A model generated the notes under the pieces. The model was given only the letters and a program-made list of their open reading frames with translations, searched no databases and was not told where the DNA came from. A program made the position numbers and the translations under genes. A stretch of 64,000 bases of DNA, taken from contig JAQGDQ010000556.1 of the NCBI GenBank assembly GCA_030141605.1, positions 62,001 through 126,000 of the forward strand, in the 5' to 3' direction. Origin of the DNA: Tubiluchus corallicola (taxonomy: Eukaryota; Animalia; Priapulida). Positions 12,672 to 25,424 of the stretch are shown here, piece after piece (positions within the stretch are counted from its first letter, which is position 1; each line of letters begins with the position of its first letter).

Positions 12672-14518
12672 GTCCGAACTTATCTGGTATCCGTATAAGT
12701 TCTGTGAGGTCTGAACTCATCTGGTATCCGTATAAGTTCAGTGATGTCTGAACTCGTCTGGTATCTATATAAGTTCAGTGACGTCTGAACTCATCTGATA
12801 TCCCATATAAGTTCAGTGATGTCTGAACTCATCTGATATCCATATAAGTTCAGTGATGTCTGAACTCATCTGGTATCCCATATAAGTTCAGTGATGTCTG
12901 AACTCGTCTGGTATCCATATAAGTTCAGTGATGTCTGAACTCGTCTGGTATCCCATATAAGTTCAGTGATGTCTGAACTCATCTGGTATCCCATATAAGT
13001 TCAGTGATGTCTGAACTCGTCTGGTATCCCATATAAGTTCAGTGATGTCTGAACTCATCTGGTATCCGTATAAGTTCAGTGACGTCTGAACTCATCTGGT
13101 ATCCCACATAAGTTCTGTGAGGTCTGAACTCATCTGGTATCCATATAAGTTCAGTGACGTCTGAACTCATCTGGTATCCGTATAAGTTCAGTGATGTCTG
13201 AACTGATCTGGTATCCGTTTAAGTGCAGTGACGTCTGAACTCATCCAGTATCCATATAAGGTCAGTGATGTATGAACTCATCTGGTATCCATATAAGTTC
13301 AGTGATGTCTGAACTCGTCTGGTATCCCATATAAGTTCAGTGATGTCTGAACTCATCTGGTGTCCATATAAGTTCCGTGATGTCTGAACTCATCTGGTAT
13401 CCATATAAGTTCAGTGATGTCTGAACTCATCTGGTATCCATATAAGTTCAGTGATGTCTGAACTGATCTGGTATCCGTTTAAGTTCAGTGACGTCTGAAC
13501 TCATCCAGTATCCATATAAGGTCAGTGATGTCTGAACTCATCTGGTGTCCATATATGTTCGGTGATGTATGAACTCATCTGGTGTCCATATAAGTTCAGT
13601 GATGTCTGAACTCATCTGGTATCCATATAAGTTCAGTGATGTCTGAACTCATCTGATATCCATATAAGTTCCGTGATGTCTGAACTCATCTGGTATCCCA
13701 TATAAGTTCAGTGATGTCTGAACTCATCTGGTATCCGTATAAGTTCCGTGATGTCTGAACTCATCTGATATCCATATAAGTTCCGTGATGTCTGAACTCA
13801 TCTGGTATCCGTATAAGTTCAGTGATGTCTGAACTCATCTGATATCCATATAAGTTCCGTGATGTCTGAACTCATCTGGTATCCATATAAGTTCAGCGAT
13901 GTCTGAACTCATCTGGTATCCCATATAAGTTCAGTGATGTCTGAACTCATCTGGTATCCCATATAAGTTCGGTGATGTCTGAACTCATCTGGTATCCCAT
14001 ATAAGTTCGGTGATGTCTGAACTCATCTGGTGTCCATATAAGTTCAGTGACGTCTGAACTCATCTGGTCTCCATATAAGTTCCGTGATGTCTGAACTCAT
14101 CTGGTATCCATATAAGTTCCGTGATGTCTGAACTCATCTGGTATCCCATATAAGTTCAGTGATGTCTGAACTCATCTGGTATCCGTATAAGTTCCGTGAT
14201 GTCTGAACTCATCTGATATCCATATAAGTTCCGTGATGTCTGAACTCATCTGGTATCCGTATAAGTTCAGTGATGTCTGAACTCATCTGATATCCATATA
14301 AGTTCCGTGATGTCTGAACTCATCTGGTATCCATATAAGTTCAGCGATGTCTGAACTCATCTGGTATCCCATATAAGTTCAGTGATGTCTGAACTCATCT
14401 GGTATCCCATATAAGTTCTGTGATGTCTGAACTCATCTGGTGTCCATATATGTTCGGTGATGTCTGAACTCATCTGGTGTCCATATAAGTTCAGTGATGT
14501 CTGAACTCATCTGGTCTC
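12672..14518. repeat. 37-38-bp intronic minisatellite, ~49 copies
   Basis: Unit aagttcagtgatgtctgaactcatctggtatccatat, with an internal inverted repeat agttcag/ctgaact. Confidence 0.97.
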
Positions 14519-15028
14519 CTCATTTTGTACAGACGTATTGACCTGGATTATTAATTTCATAAAGAACTCATAACAATACAGGCATATGACTGAGATACAA
14601 GACCCTCACAACTTCTTACTAGATATCATCTGTCTTATTTCTAAGCAAGTTTCTTAAAATACTATAAACATGTTTATCGTATAGTATCACATTTTTTATA
14701 GGACATCACGAGCTATCATTTCGTACCTTTTTCTGGCTAAAGAAAAGCTATTTTAAGGATATTAGGGAAATGATACACAAATATTTGAAGTGTTTATTGA
14801 ACTATAGAAAACATGAGTAGCAAAACTGTTGTACTGAACTTTGAGCAAAAACTAGAAAGCAAAAACAGTCAGTAAAACCTGTTTCACAGCCAGTATACAG
14901 GTGTAAAACTTGACCTGTGCAGACATGCATATTGTCATGTTTCTTTATTACCCGAAATTTCTAGAATTGAAGTAGACATAGTAAGACTGAAACGTGTCAG
15001 CCGTTAATGTTTTATTGATTTTTTGTAG

Positions 15029-15133
15029 GTGAAGGAACACTGTGGATGCATCTATAGGAAGTTCCAATTTGACAAATATCCACCTCATGTAAAAGACTTA
15101 CACACCTACTCGTTTAAAATTATTATAATCATG
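15029..15133 (+). CDS. DUF1647-like protein, internal exon
   Basis: Boundaries are tttgtag|...|gtaaga (105 nt, phase 0-0). VKEHCGCIYRKFQFDKYPPHVKDLHTYSFKIIIIM fits the family F.F.KYP.HV..L..Y..K motif. It is not in the ORF track. Confidence 0.85.
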
Positions 15134-15509
15134 GTAAGATAGTTCTCCTTCATAAATATACTACGCTGAACGTCTGCGCATAATAGACTGTTAGTGGGTA
15201 GTTGATAAACTGCGCCAGATTTCTTAAAACAGTTTCCTTGAAACAGAAAATACGAGATGCTAAAACGGAAAATGAATTTCTTCGTATAATTTCAGGCTCG
15301 GGTTTCCTTTTAGTATTTCAGAATCAGAACTGCTACATAGGCATATAAACTGTTCGTTTGGGGTTGGGTTTATTTGCAAAATGACAACATATATACTCAT
15401 TGTAGTTTAAAAATATCTATCTCTAGCATTGTTATAATTAATACAATCCATTAACTATAGATTAATCGTAAGTGTTGAGATTGTTTAAACGATTTAAATT
15501 CTCTATATG

Positions 15510-15542
<33 letters not shown>

Positions 15543-15738
15543 GTAATAACAATATTAATAAATGGTTTATTTCACAAAGGTAAAAAATAAAACTGTCAAC
15601 AGATCACAAGTAAACAACGCATACAGGAACATGTAGGGCTTTTTTAAGCGTATTTAAATAAAAATATCATAATTTATAGTAAACACATGTACTTGTGTGT
15701 CACAATGCGGATTGATTATTATTATTGCGCTTTCACAG

Positions 15739-16392
15739 GAGGCGCTGCAAGAATTTGGCTTCATTCAGTGGGTTGATGCGTCCTACAGGCTTCTTTACGA
15801 CAGATTAGCCGACCAGGTAAAGGTCGTGAACCTGGCCAAAGATGGCGCTGGTTTCTTGCTCTGGACCACAAGTCGTTACATACAATGTTTGATTCACAAG
15901 GGAATGTACGATTTCTTCGGCGAAAGTATTGTACAGTATAGACGGGTTAGGTCAGTCTCGGCTGGCAATGTCATCATGTACAATACGAAGTTCGTCTACG
16001 ACTGTGTGCTTCTACCCTGGGTGACGTGTGGACTGGTCAAAGACTGCATAGCACCGCCCGGTTCTCATCGCGGTCCGTGCAACTGGACCGCGCCCAACAA
16101 TTACTGCTGTCATAGATACGATCTGTCAGCCATAGCGCTAACTTTAGGTCGCTTGTACAATCACTCACACAAAGCATACACGACAAAGATACGCCCTAAT
16201 AAGATAGACAGGGGGAACCAAGTGGGAGTCGGGTATTTCGAAAGCTTACACAAGAAAAAATATAACCTTGTAGATCAATTAGAGGAAACGCTCATTTACC
16301 ATCCGTCAAATCCGTTAGTAAATGTTTCAAACTCCCGAAGAAGAAAGCAAAAGAAAAACAAAGAAGGAGAGGAGAAGAAAAAAGTAATTTAA
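15739..16392 (+). CDS. DUF1647-like protein, last coding exon
   Basis: The ttcacag acceptor is phase 0. Motifs WVDAS, PWVTCGLVKDCIAPPGS and CHRYDLSA follow, then a basic tail and TAA. Confidence 0.85.
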   Translation, partial: EALQEFGFIQWVDASYRLLYDRLADQVKVVNLAKDGAGFLLWTTSRYIQCLIHKGMYDFFGESIVQYRRVRSVSAGNVIMYNTKFVYDCVLLPWVTCGLVKDCIAPPGSHRGPCNWTAPNNYCCHRYDLSAIALTLGRLYNHSHKAYTTKIRPNKIDRGNQVGVGYFESLHKKKYNLVDQLEETLIYHPSNPLVNVSNSRRRKQKKNKEGEEKKKVI

Positions 16393-16470
16393 ACATTCGT
16401 AGGCCGGCTAATGACGTCTCAAGATTTTCAATTATTGTAACCTGGGACGTCACCGCCAGGGTGTGTGATT

Positions 16471-16540
16471 GGTGGCTCAGTTAGTCAGTTCGTTCCCTCC
16501 AATTTCGGAGGCCAAGTGGGCCGGGTTCAATGCCAGGATG
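16471..16540 (+). mobile_element. Degenerate tRNA-derived SINE head
   Basis: A-box-like TGGCTCAGTTAG and B-box-like GGTTCAATGCC, with no intact cloverleaf. Confidence 0.35.
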
Positions 16541-17477
16541 ATGAAAACTTTATAAACACAGACAGAGATTTGTTGAAATGATTCCTCAGTGAATTTTTTC
16601 TGTGTGTTTCATGCTGGCTGTGTTCGGAACAGGTGCTTTGATGGTAACAACACCTGCCCGCTTACCAGCTGAATTAACGAGGCCATTCTATGGTTTTATA
16701 CCCGGTATGTGATGCTAATATGCAATGGCTTCGTAATGGATCAAACCATCACAATATAGGGGTGGGGGTGGCTGCGACGGGAACACAAAAGAATTTCCTT
16801 CATAGCATATGGTGTTCTCAGCAATCTTTATTTCTGTATATAAAAAAATGAGAATAATAAATTTGACTACTTTCACTGCTTACAAACGTATAATCATCTA
16901 ATTATTTGTCGTGAAGCTCACGATTTCTTTATCTTATTTTTTATTAGTTCCTAATTATGATCATTAGTCATATTATTACATTCTCTTGTTAAAACATTAA
17001 AAATCCAACGCAAGAAATTTCAGCTATAAAATAAGTCTATTTCTTTATATACAGTCTAAACTTTCATCCTTGAGCTAGTATGCACAACATTTACCTTCAT
17101 TGAATTGCTGGCTTCCTTGCTTCATGGAAAAAACTTACCTGGGCAGTTGGCTTTCAGAGATCATTGAGTAAGCATGTGACTCAAACTGAGACAATGTATA
17201 GTGTTATTAATGATTTATATAAATAAAGTTCGCCTGTATTCTACTTGAATTCTACCTGCATTCTGATGTCTTAGCAATTACCTTCAGAACTTCTTCATAT
17301 TATAATAACTTAAGGCAGCAAAAGTAAGTATTACTCACGTCGTATGGCTATAACTACTCAACACATCCTTGGCACGTCATACTGGTTTACAGCAAATTTG
17401 GTAGAGACGCTACAAATAATTACTTGAAAATTTATCTAAACATTATTTAACGTTTGCTGAGGCTTCTGTAAGCGTGT

Positions 17478-19895
17478 TTAGTGAGTAATTCATTGATGTA
17501 GTGATGTAATTCATTGGGGACACAGGTCTGCAGTTCATTGAGCCAGTGATGCAGTTCATTGGGAGAGGTCCATAGTTCAGTGAGCCAGTGATGTAATTTA
17601 TTGGGACAGGTCTGTAGTTCATTGAGCCAGTGATGTAGTTCATTGAGACAGGACCGTAGTTCATTGAGCCAGTGATGTAGTTCATTGAGACAGGACCGTA
17701 GTTCACTGAGCCATTGATGTAGTTCATTGGGACAGGACCGTAGTTCATTGAGCCAGTGATGTAGTTCATTGGGAGAGGTCCATAGTTCACTGAGCCAGTG
17801 ATGTAATTTATTGGGGCAGGTCCATAGTTCACTGAGCCAGTGATGTAATTTATTGGGGCAGGTCTGTAGTTCACTGAGCCAGTGATGTAATTCATTGGGA
17901 CAGGTCTGTAGTTCACTGAGCCAGTGATGTAGTTCATTGGAACAGGACCGTAGTTCATTGAGCCAGTGATGTAGTTCATTGGGACAGGTCTGTAGTTCAT
18001 TGAGCCAGTGATGTAGCTCATTGGGATAGGTCTGCAGTTCATTGAACAGTGATGTAGTTCATTGGGACAGGTCCATAGATCATTGAGCCAGTGATGTAGT
18101 TCACTGGGGCAGGTCTGTAGTTCATTGAGCCAGTAATGTAGTTTATTGGGACAGGAGCGTAGTTCATTGAGCCTGTGATGTAGTTCATTGGGAGAGGTCC
18201 ATAGTTCACTGAGCCAGTGATGTAATTTATTGGGGCAGGTCCATAGTTCACTGAGCCAGTGATGTAGTTCACTGGGGCAGGTCTGTAGTTCATTGAGCCA
18301 GTGATGTAGCTCATTGGGACAGGTCTGTTGTTCACTGAGCCAGTGATGTAGTTCATTGGAACAGGTCTGTAGTTCATTGAGCCAGTGATGTAGTTCACTG
18401 GGGCAGGTCTGTAGTTCATTGAGCCAGTGATGTAGTTCACTGGGACAGGTCTGTAGTTCATTGAGCCAGTGATGTAGCTCATTGGGACAGGTCTGTAGTT
18501 CACTGAGCCAGTGATGTAGTTCATTGGAACAGGACCGTAGTTCATTGAGCAGTGATGTAGTTCATTGGAACAGGACCGTAGTTCATTGAGCCAGTGATGT
18601 AGTTCATTGGGACAGATCTGTAGTTCATTGAGCCAGTGATGTAGCTCATTGGGACAGGTCTGTAGTTCACTGAGCCAGTGATGTAGTTCATTGGGACAGG
18701 TCTGTAGTTCATTGAGCCAGTGATGTAGTTCATTGGAATAGGACCGTACTTCATTGAGCCAATGACGTAGTTCATTGGAACAGGACCGTAGTTCATTGAG
18801 CCACTGATGTAGTTCATTGGGAGAGGTCCATAGTCCACCGAGCCAGTGATATAATTTATTGGGACAGGTCTGTAGTTCATTGAGCCAGTGATGTAGTTCA
18901 TTGAGACAGGACCGTAGTTCACTGAGCCATTGATGTAGTTTATTGGAACAGGGCCGTACTTCATTGAGCCAGCGACGTAGTTCATTGGAACAGGACCGTA
19001 GTTCATTGAGCCACTGATGTAGTTCATTTTGAGAGGTCCATAGTTCACTGAGCCAGTGATGTAGTTTATTGGGACAGGAACGTAGTTCATTGAGCCTGTG
19101 ATGTAGTTCATTGGGACAGGACTGTAGTTCACTGAGCCAGTGATGTAATTCATTGGGAGAGATCCATAGTTCACTGAGCCAGTGATGTAATTCATTGGGA
19201 CAGGTCTGTAGTTCACTGAGCCAGTGATGTAGTTCATTGGGACAGGACCGTAGTTCACTGAGCCATTGATGTAGTTTATTGGGACAGGACCGTAGTTCAT
19301 TGAGCCAGTGATGTAGTTCATTGGGACAGGACCGTAGTTCATTGAGCCAGTGATGTAGTTCATTGGTACAGGACCGTAGTTCATTGAGCCAGTGCTGTAG
19401 TTCATTGGGACAGGACCGTAGTTCATTGAACAGTGATGTAGTTCATTGGGACAGGTCTGTAGTTCATTGAGCCAGTGCTGTAGTTCATTGGGACAGGTCC
19501 ATAGATCACTGAGCCAGTGATGTACATAGTTCATTGAGCCAGTGATGTAGTTCATTGTGACAGGTCTGTAGTTCATTGAGCCAGTGATGTAGCTCATTGG
19601 GACAGGTCCGTAGTTCATTGAGCCAGTGATGTAGTTCATTGGAACAGGACCGCAGTTCATTGAGCCAGTGATGTAGTTCATAGGGACAGGACCCTAGTTC
19701 ATTGAGCCAGTGATGTAGTTCATTGGGACAGGACTCTAGTTCATTGAGCCAGTGATGTAGTTCATTGGGACAGGACCGTAGTTCATTGAGCCAGTGATGT
19801 AGTTCATTGCGACAGGTCTGTAGTTCATTGGGACAGGTCTGTAGTTAATTGGGACAGGTCTGTAGTTCATTGAGCAGTGATGTAGTTCATTGGGG
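17478..19895. repeat. 42-bp minisatellite (two 21-bp subunits), ~57 copies
   Basis: Unit tagttcattgagccagtgatg-tagttcattgggacaggtctg. It produces the MNYITGSMNYGPVP ORFs, which are broken by frameshifts and stops. Confidence 0.97.
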
Positions 19896-20856
19896 AAGCA
19901 GCTTACCAAATTGGAGCTGGGGGATTGGACCACTAACTCATGCAGAGCTCATTAGGTTTGCAACTTAGCAGATTGGGAGCTCATTGAGTAGGTTCATTGG
20001 ACTAGGACTCATCAGGACAGAAGCTTTCTGGGCTCGAGATCTGTCGTGTGCGAGCTAACCAGATAGACGCTCTATAACCATGGTAACAGAGCAGAGTTTG
20101 CTAGCCTGGACACTCACTAGGTGTCGTTTGGCCTGCCCCTCGTGATATTACAACTGTAGAGGGAAAGCAAGAGAAAAAACAGGTGTATAGAATAGAGTAA
20201 AGCAACATGTTAGTATGATTTTATTATGCTGAATAAATACTGAACTACCTAACTGATTATTGTCATGAATTTAGTCAGTTAGCTTTTGCAGGCACGGTAT
20301 AGCTGTCTTACGTGATTCATAAATACCCACTTCACGTTTCCATGTTAATAGAACACGTCTCGGCATATCATACAGATTATTTATACATCAGATGTTGCAA
20401 AAATTTGGAAATGAGTAATGTCTGATCGTACTGCCCTGTTCATGTAACAGCTGTGCAGAGATCTAGGTAAACAACAAGCAAGACAATATACCACTATGAT
20501 TTCAAGCAGGATGACGGTGTTGTTCATGGTTTAGAAAATGAACTAGAAGCATGTAGCTTATAATCTGGGATCACCGAAAGCCAAGAATTATTGTAAGTAT
20601 TAATTACTTTGGAATACTGCCTATAATACTGCAGTTTTGTCGTCTTTTTTACTGCTTTTTCATTTGAATTATAATTAATTTAATAAAGACAAACTCAACA
20701 TGCAGTATCGCCAACAGTGTGAAGTTGAACGCTGCTCCGTGAAAATATAGTGTGATTATGTAGTAAATTAATTATGCAAATTAATTCTAATTTCCAACAG
20801 TAACACAAAACCAAATCAAACGCAAGCACATATTTCAGTTAAACAGTTACAGGTTA

Positions 20857-20860
20857 TTGC

Positions 20861-20909
<49 letters not shown>

Positions 20910-21050
20910 ATAGCGGCGGTGGTGGTGGTAATGGTGGTGGTGGTCGTGGTCGTGGTGGTGGTGATGGTGGTGGTGGCAGTAGTGGTGGTGGCGGTGGTGG
21001 GTGGTAGTGGTGGTGATGGTGATGGTGGTGGTGGTGGTGGTGGCGGCGAT
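20857..21050. repeat. (GTT)n/(GGT)n compound microsatellite
   Basis: Directly visible. Confidence 0.93.
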
Positions 21051-21181
21051 GGAGGCGTTGATAATGATGGCAATCGTGGCATTGTCATTTTCATTGATAT
21101 TAGCATTGTCATTGGCATTGATAATGGAGAATTTTTAAATGAAGTTTGTCACCTTTCGTTGTTTGTGTTGACAGGAAAATA

Positions 21182-21973
21182 ATGGGTGATGCTCAAAGTA
21201 CAAAAGAAAGTCAAGAAGTAGAAGCCAAAGCAGAGAAGACAGACTCCTCTAATGCTGGCAATGAAAACGAAGACAAAATGGAAGATGCTCCTGATAAGAG
21301 AACTGCAGAAGCTGAAACAGAAATCAACTTAAACGACGAGGAAGATAAGGAAGATATTAAGGATGCTGAACGGGAGAAGAATGAAAAAGAAAAAAGCTCA
21401 GATGCAGATCAAGCCCTTAAAGACAGAAGGCCAAGTTTATTCGATTCATTGCTGAACATTTTCAGTGAGACATTCGCCATCAATAAACAAGAAGATAATG
21501 CGCCCGGTAATCCCGAGCAAGAAACACAAGATGAAAAAGCTGCCAGCGAGCATGATGACTCTGATAAAGATATTCTCGTCGAGGAGGACATTGAAATTGT
21601 TGTAGTGGAAGAAGCAAAGCAAACTGAAGAGAGCCAGGAAAACGTAAACAAGCCAGAACCAAGACGGACGTTGATTGAGAGACTACAGTCTTTGTTTCGA
21701 GAGCCATCACGCGAGCGAGACGAAAAAACGGAAAAAAAGGCTGTTGTCTATAACGCGGAGGATGATACAGTCACAGCTGAAACAGATCCAAAGGAAGGCG
21801 ATGCAGATACTGCTAAAACGGATCTAAACGAAGAGGATGCTGTTGCACAAGACGGAGCAAGAGATTCGAGTGACGAAGTGCAAGACAGCAAAAGAGGAGT
21901 CGAGGAAACAACAGCTAAAAGCAAACAGCTGAAAAAATTGTTACCGTGTTGCAAAGAAAAGAGTGAGAACTAA
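21182..21973 (+). CDS. Uncharacterised acidic, intrinsically disordered protein (263 aa), possible lipid-anchored scaffold
   Basis: Acceptor ttgacag at 21174, then ATG at 21182 (ataATGG). The ORF is non-repetitive and E/D/K-rich, with N-terminus MGDAQS and C-terminus KKLLPCCKEKSEN. Confidence 0.75.
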   Translation: MGDAQSTKESQEVEAKAEKTDSSNAGNENEDKMEDAPDKRTAEAETEINLNDEEDKEDIKDAEREKNEKEKSSDADQALKDRRPSLFDSLLNIFSETFAINKQEDNAPGNPEQETQDEKAASEHDDSDKDILVEEDIEIVVVEEAKQTEESQENVNKPEPRRTLIERLQSLFREPSRERDEKTEKKAVVYNAEDDTVTAETDPKEGDADTAKTDLNEEDAVAQDGARDSSDEVQDSKRGVEETTAKSKQLKKLLPCCKEKSEN

Positions 21974-22026
21974 TGATTAAGCACGTCGGTATTAATAACT
22001 AGTTTAATTTAAACACATGTACTTAA

Positions 22027-22643
22027 AGGAATACTGCTCCTTCTTAAACTATTGCTCCTAACAATCTACCCCATAAAATATTGAAAGGGAACCTTGTCTT
22101 TTTTTCAAAAGTGATTTACCTGAAAGAATTATTACTGCCGAAATGTAATTTGACGTTCGCAAGACTAGTTTTCCCTCTTACACGTACTTTGCTATTTGCT
22201 AGTTAGATGGACACTAACATCTGCATCTCGGAAATACGTTGCACCAAAACAGGTGCTGTACCACTCTTTTCAGAGAGGTTCAATTGTGACGAGGTGCACA
22301 CATCTGACTGCTCATGCGTGACCACACCGGTAAACTTGAAATTTGAATTTTGAACAAGATTTGTCCAGTTTATTGTATATCACACTGAATATTTTGTATA
22401 GTAGAACTATACTTCAGTTTTTCGCTTTCGCAAAATGCATGCAACATGCTCGTGGAATGTTTGTGCTCTTGAAAATGATGTTCATTTGTGACATCATAAC
22501 TAGCTGGGCCCTCGGCCGTTCGATTAAGTTTTTAACACATTATTTAGCTCTCGGAGGCACTTTGTAATTATGATAGATGTTAAAATATAATACTTTACTG
22601 TATTTCAAAATGGGGTAGAGTATGAAAAATCATCCTGTTTTCC
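22027..22643 (-). mobile_element. Old interspersed repeat (Kolobok-like MITE), related to 33498-34082
   Basis: Reverse complements of aaaaatcatcctgttttcctt and acgttgcaccaaaacaggtgctgtacc match aaggaagacaggatgattttt and ggtacagcacctgttttttgtgcagcgt in the 33.5-34.1 kb copy. It has a TTAA|AGG terminus. Confidence 0.5.
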
Positions 22644-25390
22644 TTAGATCACTAACTGGTTCTATAAGAGCTAGGCTGTTACGAATGCTTCGTTGTGCAG
22701 TGTTCATTATTAACAGCAGTTTGTGTTGAATTTGTTAATATAAAGAATATTATGAAAACACGAAGCAAAGGAAGCTACAAACATGTAATAATAACAAGTA
22801 CAGCGATTGATAAACGAATCTATCAATTATATTAGAAAATAATATGAATTGTATTTATAACTCAGTGGTACATAACAGGCTACGCGGTTATAGTGTCACT
22901 CTACCCGAAGATTGTTTTGTCTTTTCGAATACTGTATTTGAACATATTACGCTTTATATTCTGCTCTTCCTTGCTTTTTGAATTAATAATTCAATAAGCT
23001 TTCTGAAGGTCATGGGTCTTTTCTTCTGAAATTCCCTGGTCGTTTTAATCAATAAAGTCGTCAATAAAACTGATCAGTGAAAACAGAAATTTTGTGACGT
23101 TTCGTCACAAATGGTATATTCTCAAACTATTATAAATATTTATAAAATTATGTGTTTTATTTACATATTCTCATTACATCATACATTGCGGATACTGTAT
23201 AAAAATACTATGTAGTAATATTATTTAATTGCTATTGTATTATATAAAAATTGTAATGACAACAAACATAATGACATCATAGATTATTTATTGTAAAGCT
23301 AATTAGTACCAAAAATCTCCAAATTTTTAATCAGGAATAACATTAAAGTGTTAACGAGATATGCTTCTCTGATAAATGAAATGACAGAATTTTGACTTCA
23401 ATGTTAATCATTGTTATACAGTAGCTTCATCACACAATATTCTATTGTTCAAGAGAAAACAAAAGTTACCATTTACATGTAAGCATTCGCTCACTCATTG
23501 TTGAGATTTCTCATAGTCTGGCTAGCAAAAACTGCAGCAAAACCGTGATGAAACAAGTTTTCTAGGTTTGGTCACCAGATCAAAGGTGCTCGAGTCTGCA
23601 TTATGAAGAATTATGAAGGTGCATAAGAATAAAGTCTAGCTAATGTTTGGAGTTAAATTTAAAAAACTTCATTTCGTTTGTTTGCACATTATTGAGAGTA
23701 AAAACTTTTAGAACGACTTACACGCAAAACAGAACACATGAAACACCATGATAATACGTGATTGGGTAACGTGTCTGTATTCTGACCTGGAAGTCTTGAA
23801 TTTCATGTCACAAGACTTTAGAAATGGTACCTGTCGTTATTTTGCTTGATGCATGATTGCGTGTGGTAATAAACTCTGTTATGATGTTGTAGTCAGTTAT
23901 TTACAGTCAGTGATAAAAAATGGATTCATGACTTGTGCTGATTTTATGACGACTTTAAATAGACCAGTAACAATTACAAACAGTTCTAGGAACTTAGCAA
24001 TTCATACGTTAACATAATTATATTAAAATTAACATTACTAATAATTATTATTGATTTGTTCTTCGCAATTAATGGAATACGTCGTTCCCGTCAGTTGCAA
24101 AGAGCCAAAATCACAGTGGGGTTAATTGGCAATGTACGCAGCTGAAATGTGCGCGTGGTTGACAGAACTAGTGAAAGGCTGCGCCATTAGCATGTATATG
24201 GTGCCATGTATAATTGCAAATTGTGGGTAAAATGTCTAGTGACAACTTGTAGTTCGCATAATGCAAGTTTCTTTTTATTGACTGCTATCTTATTAGTTCT
24301 ACCGTTTTCGAATTTATAATTTAATTTGTGTAAATGTGCTCATACATTGAAAAGTTTCCGAATTGCAAAAAGACTAACATATAACTTCGCTGAACTTTAG
24401 AACAGTATCGTGAGTATGGTTACTGGCTAGTCTTCTATGCTATAAAGTTGAACTTGAGTTGAGCTTAAAGTTGAAAGGTAAACACATGCAAGGCGATTTT
24501 TTTTAAATTGCTAAATTTAAAATTAAATGGTCATCTGCATTACTCTGCGTTGTTGCATTAGTTGAAGTGTAGACATTTATTTAAAGAATCTGTCTATTGT
24601 GGGGAACTGTTTATTGGATTAATTGTGCATAGATGTGTCTGCTTGACGTGGATCCTTTGTCAAAAATGCCTGCCGTAGAGAGGGCACTGTGAAATTACCG
24701 TTGAAGTGAAAACTTAGTTATACTGATCTTATGAACAGGGACCCATGTTTTCAAATTTGTTAGATTGTAACTGTGGTCCAGCTTTTAATTGTCATCAGGC
24801 TTCTCGACCTGTGTCTACCAATTTATGTGTGAATTATGTCAAGTGTTAATTGATTCTTGCAATTTTTGACTTGATTAAACAAAGTTGTATTGAATTTATG
24901 TAGATGATTTTTAAGCTTTTGCTTCATCTGGATGCCGATGTCTAAACAGCCTTGCTTCATGTGATGTAATATTTATGTAACACTCATGTTTGTAATGCTA
25001 CATATATAGCAAATGTCATAATTTTAAAAATTGATAATGTTTCCTAAATTAAACTGACAACATTAATGCCCACCAGTGTTTAACGATCATTTTAGCTATA
25101 TTCGGTAAAGGGTAGCAAATTATAGGTGACTTTATAGTCTTTTCGCTATCCTTTGGTTCTAGATCTATCTGTTCTTTTTAAACATTCTTCAAAACGTATT
25201 AGTGATTACTTTGATTATTTTATTTATCATGTTTTATTGTAGTATTATATAGAGATTTCGCCCCCCGTTCCTCCCAGTGGGCCCGATTCGAAAAATAAAC
25301 CATCAATGGCATGACACTAGATTGAGACCTTTCGTTTGATGTATAAATCGCCGCAAATGGTGCCCTCGTCGAAGCTGTAGCCTCGAATCT

Positions 25391-25424
<34 letters not shown>

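Noticed and set aside
12672-14518. CRISPR-like 37-bp palindromic repeats
   Set aside because: The units are contiguous with no unique spacers, there are no cas genes, and the array is in a eukaryotic intron.
17443-19933. Long minus-strand ORFs encoding MNYITGSMNYGPVP repeats (candidate structural protein)
   Set aside because: They are translations of a 42-bp satellite, broken by 2-nt deletions and TAG stops, with no signal peptide or evident splice context.
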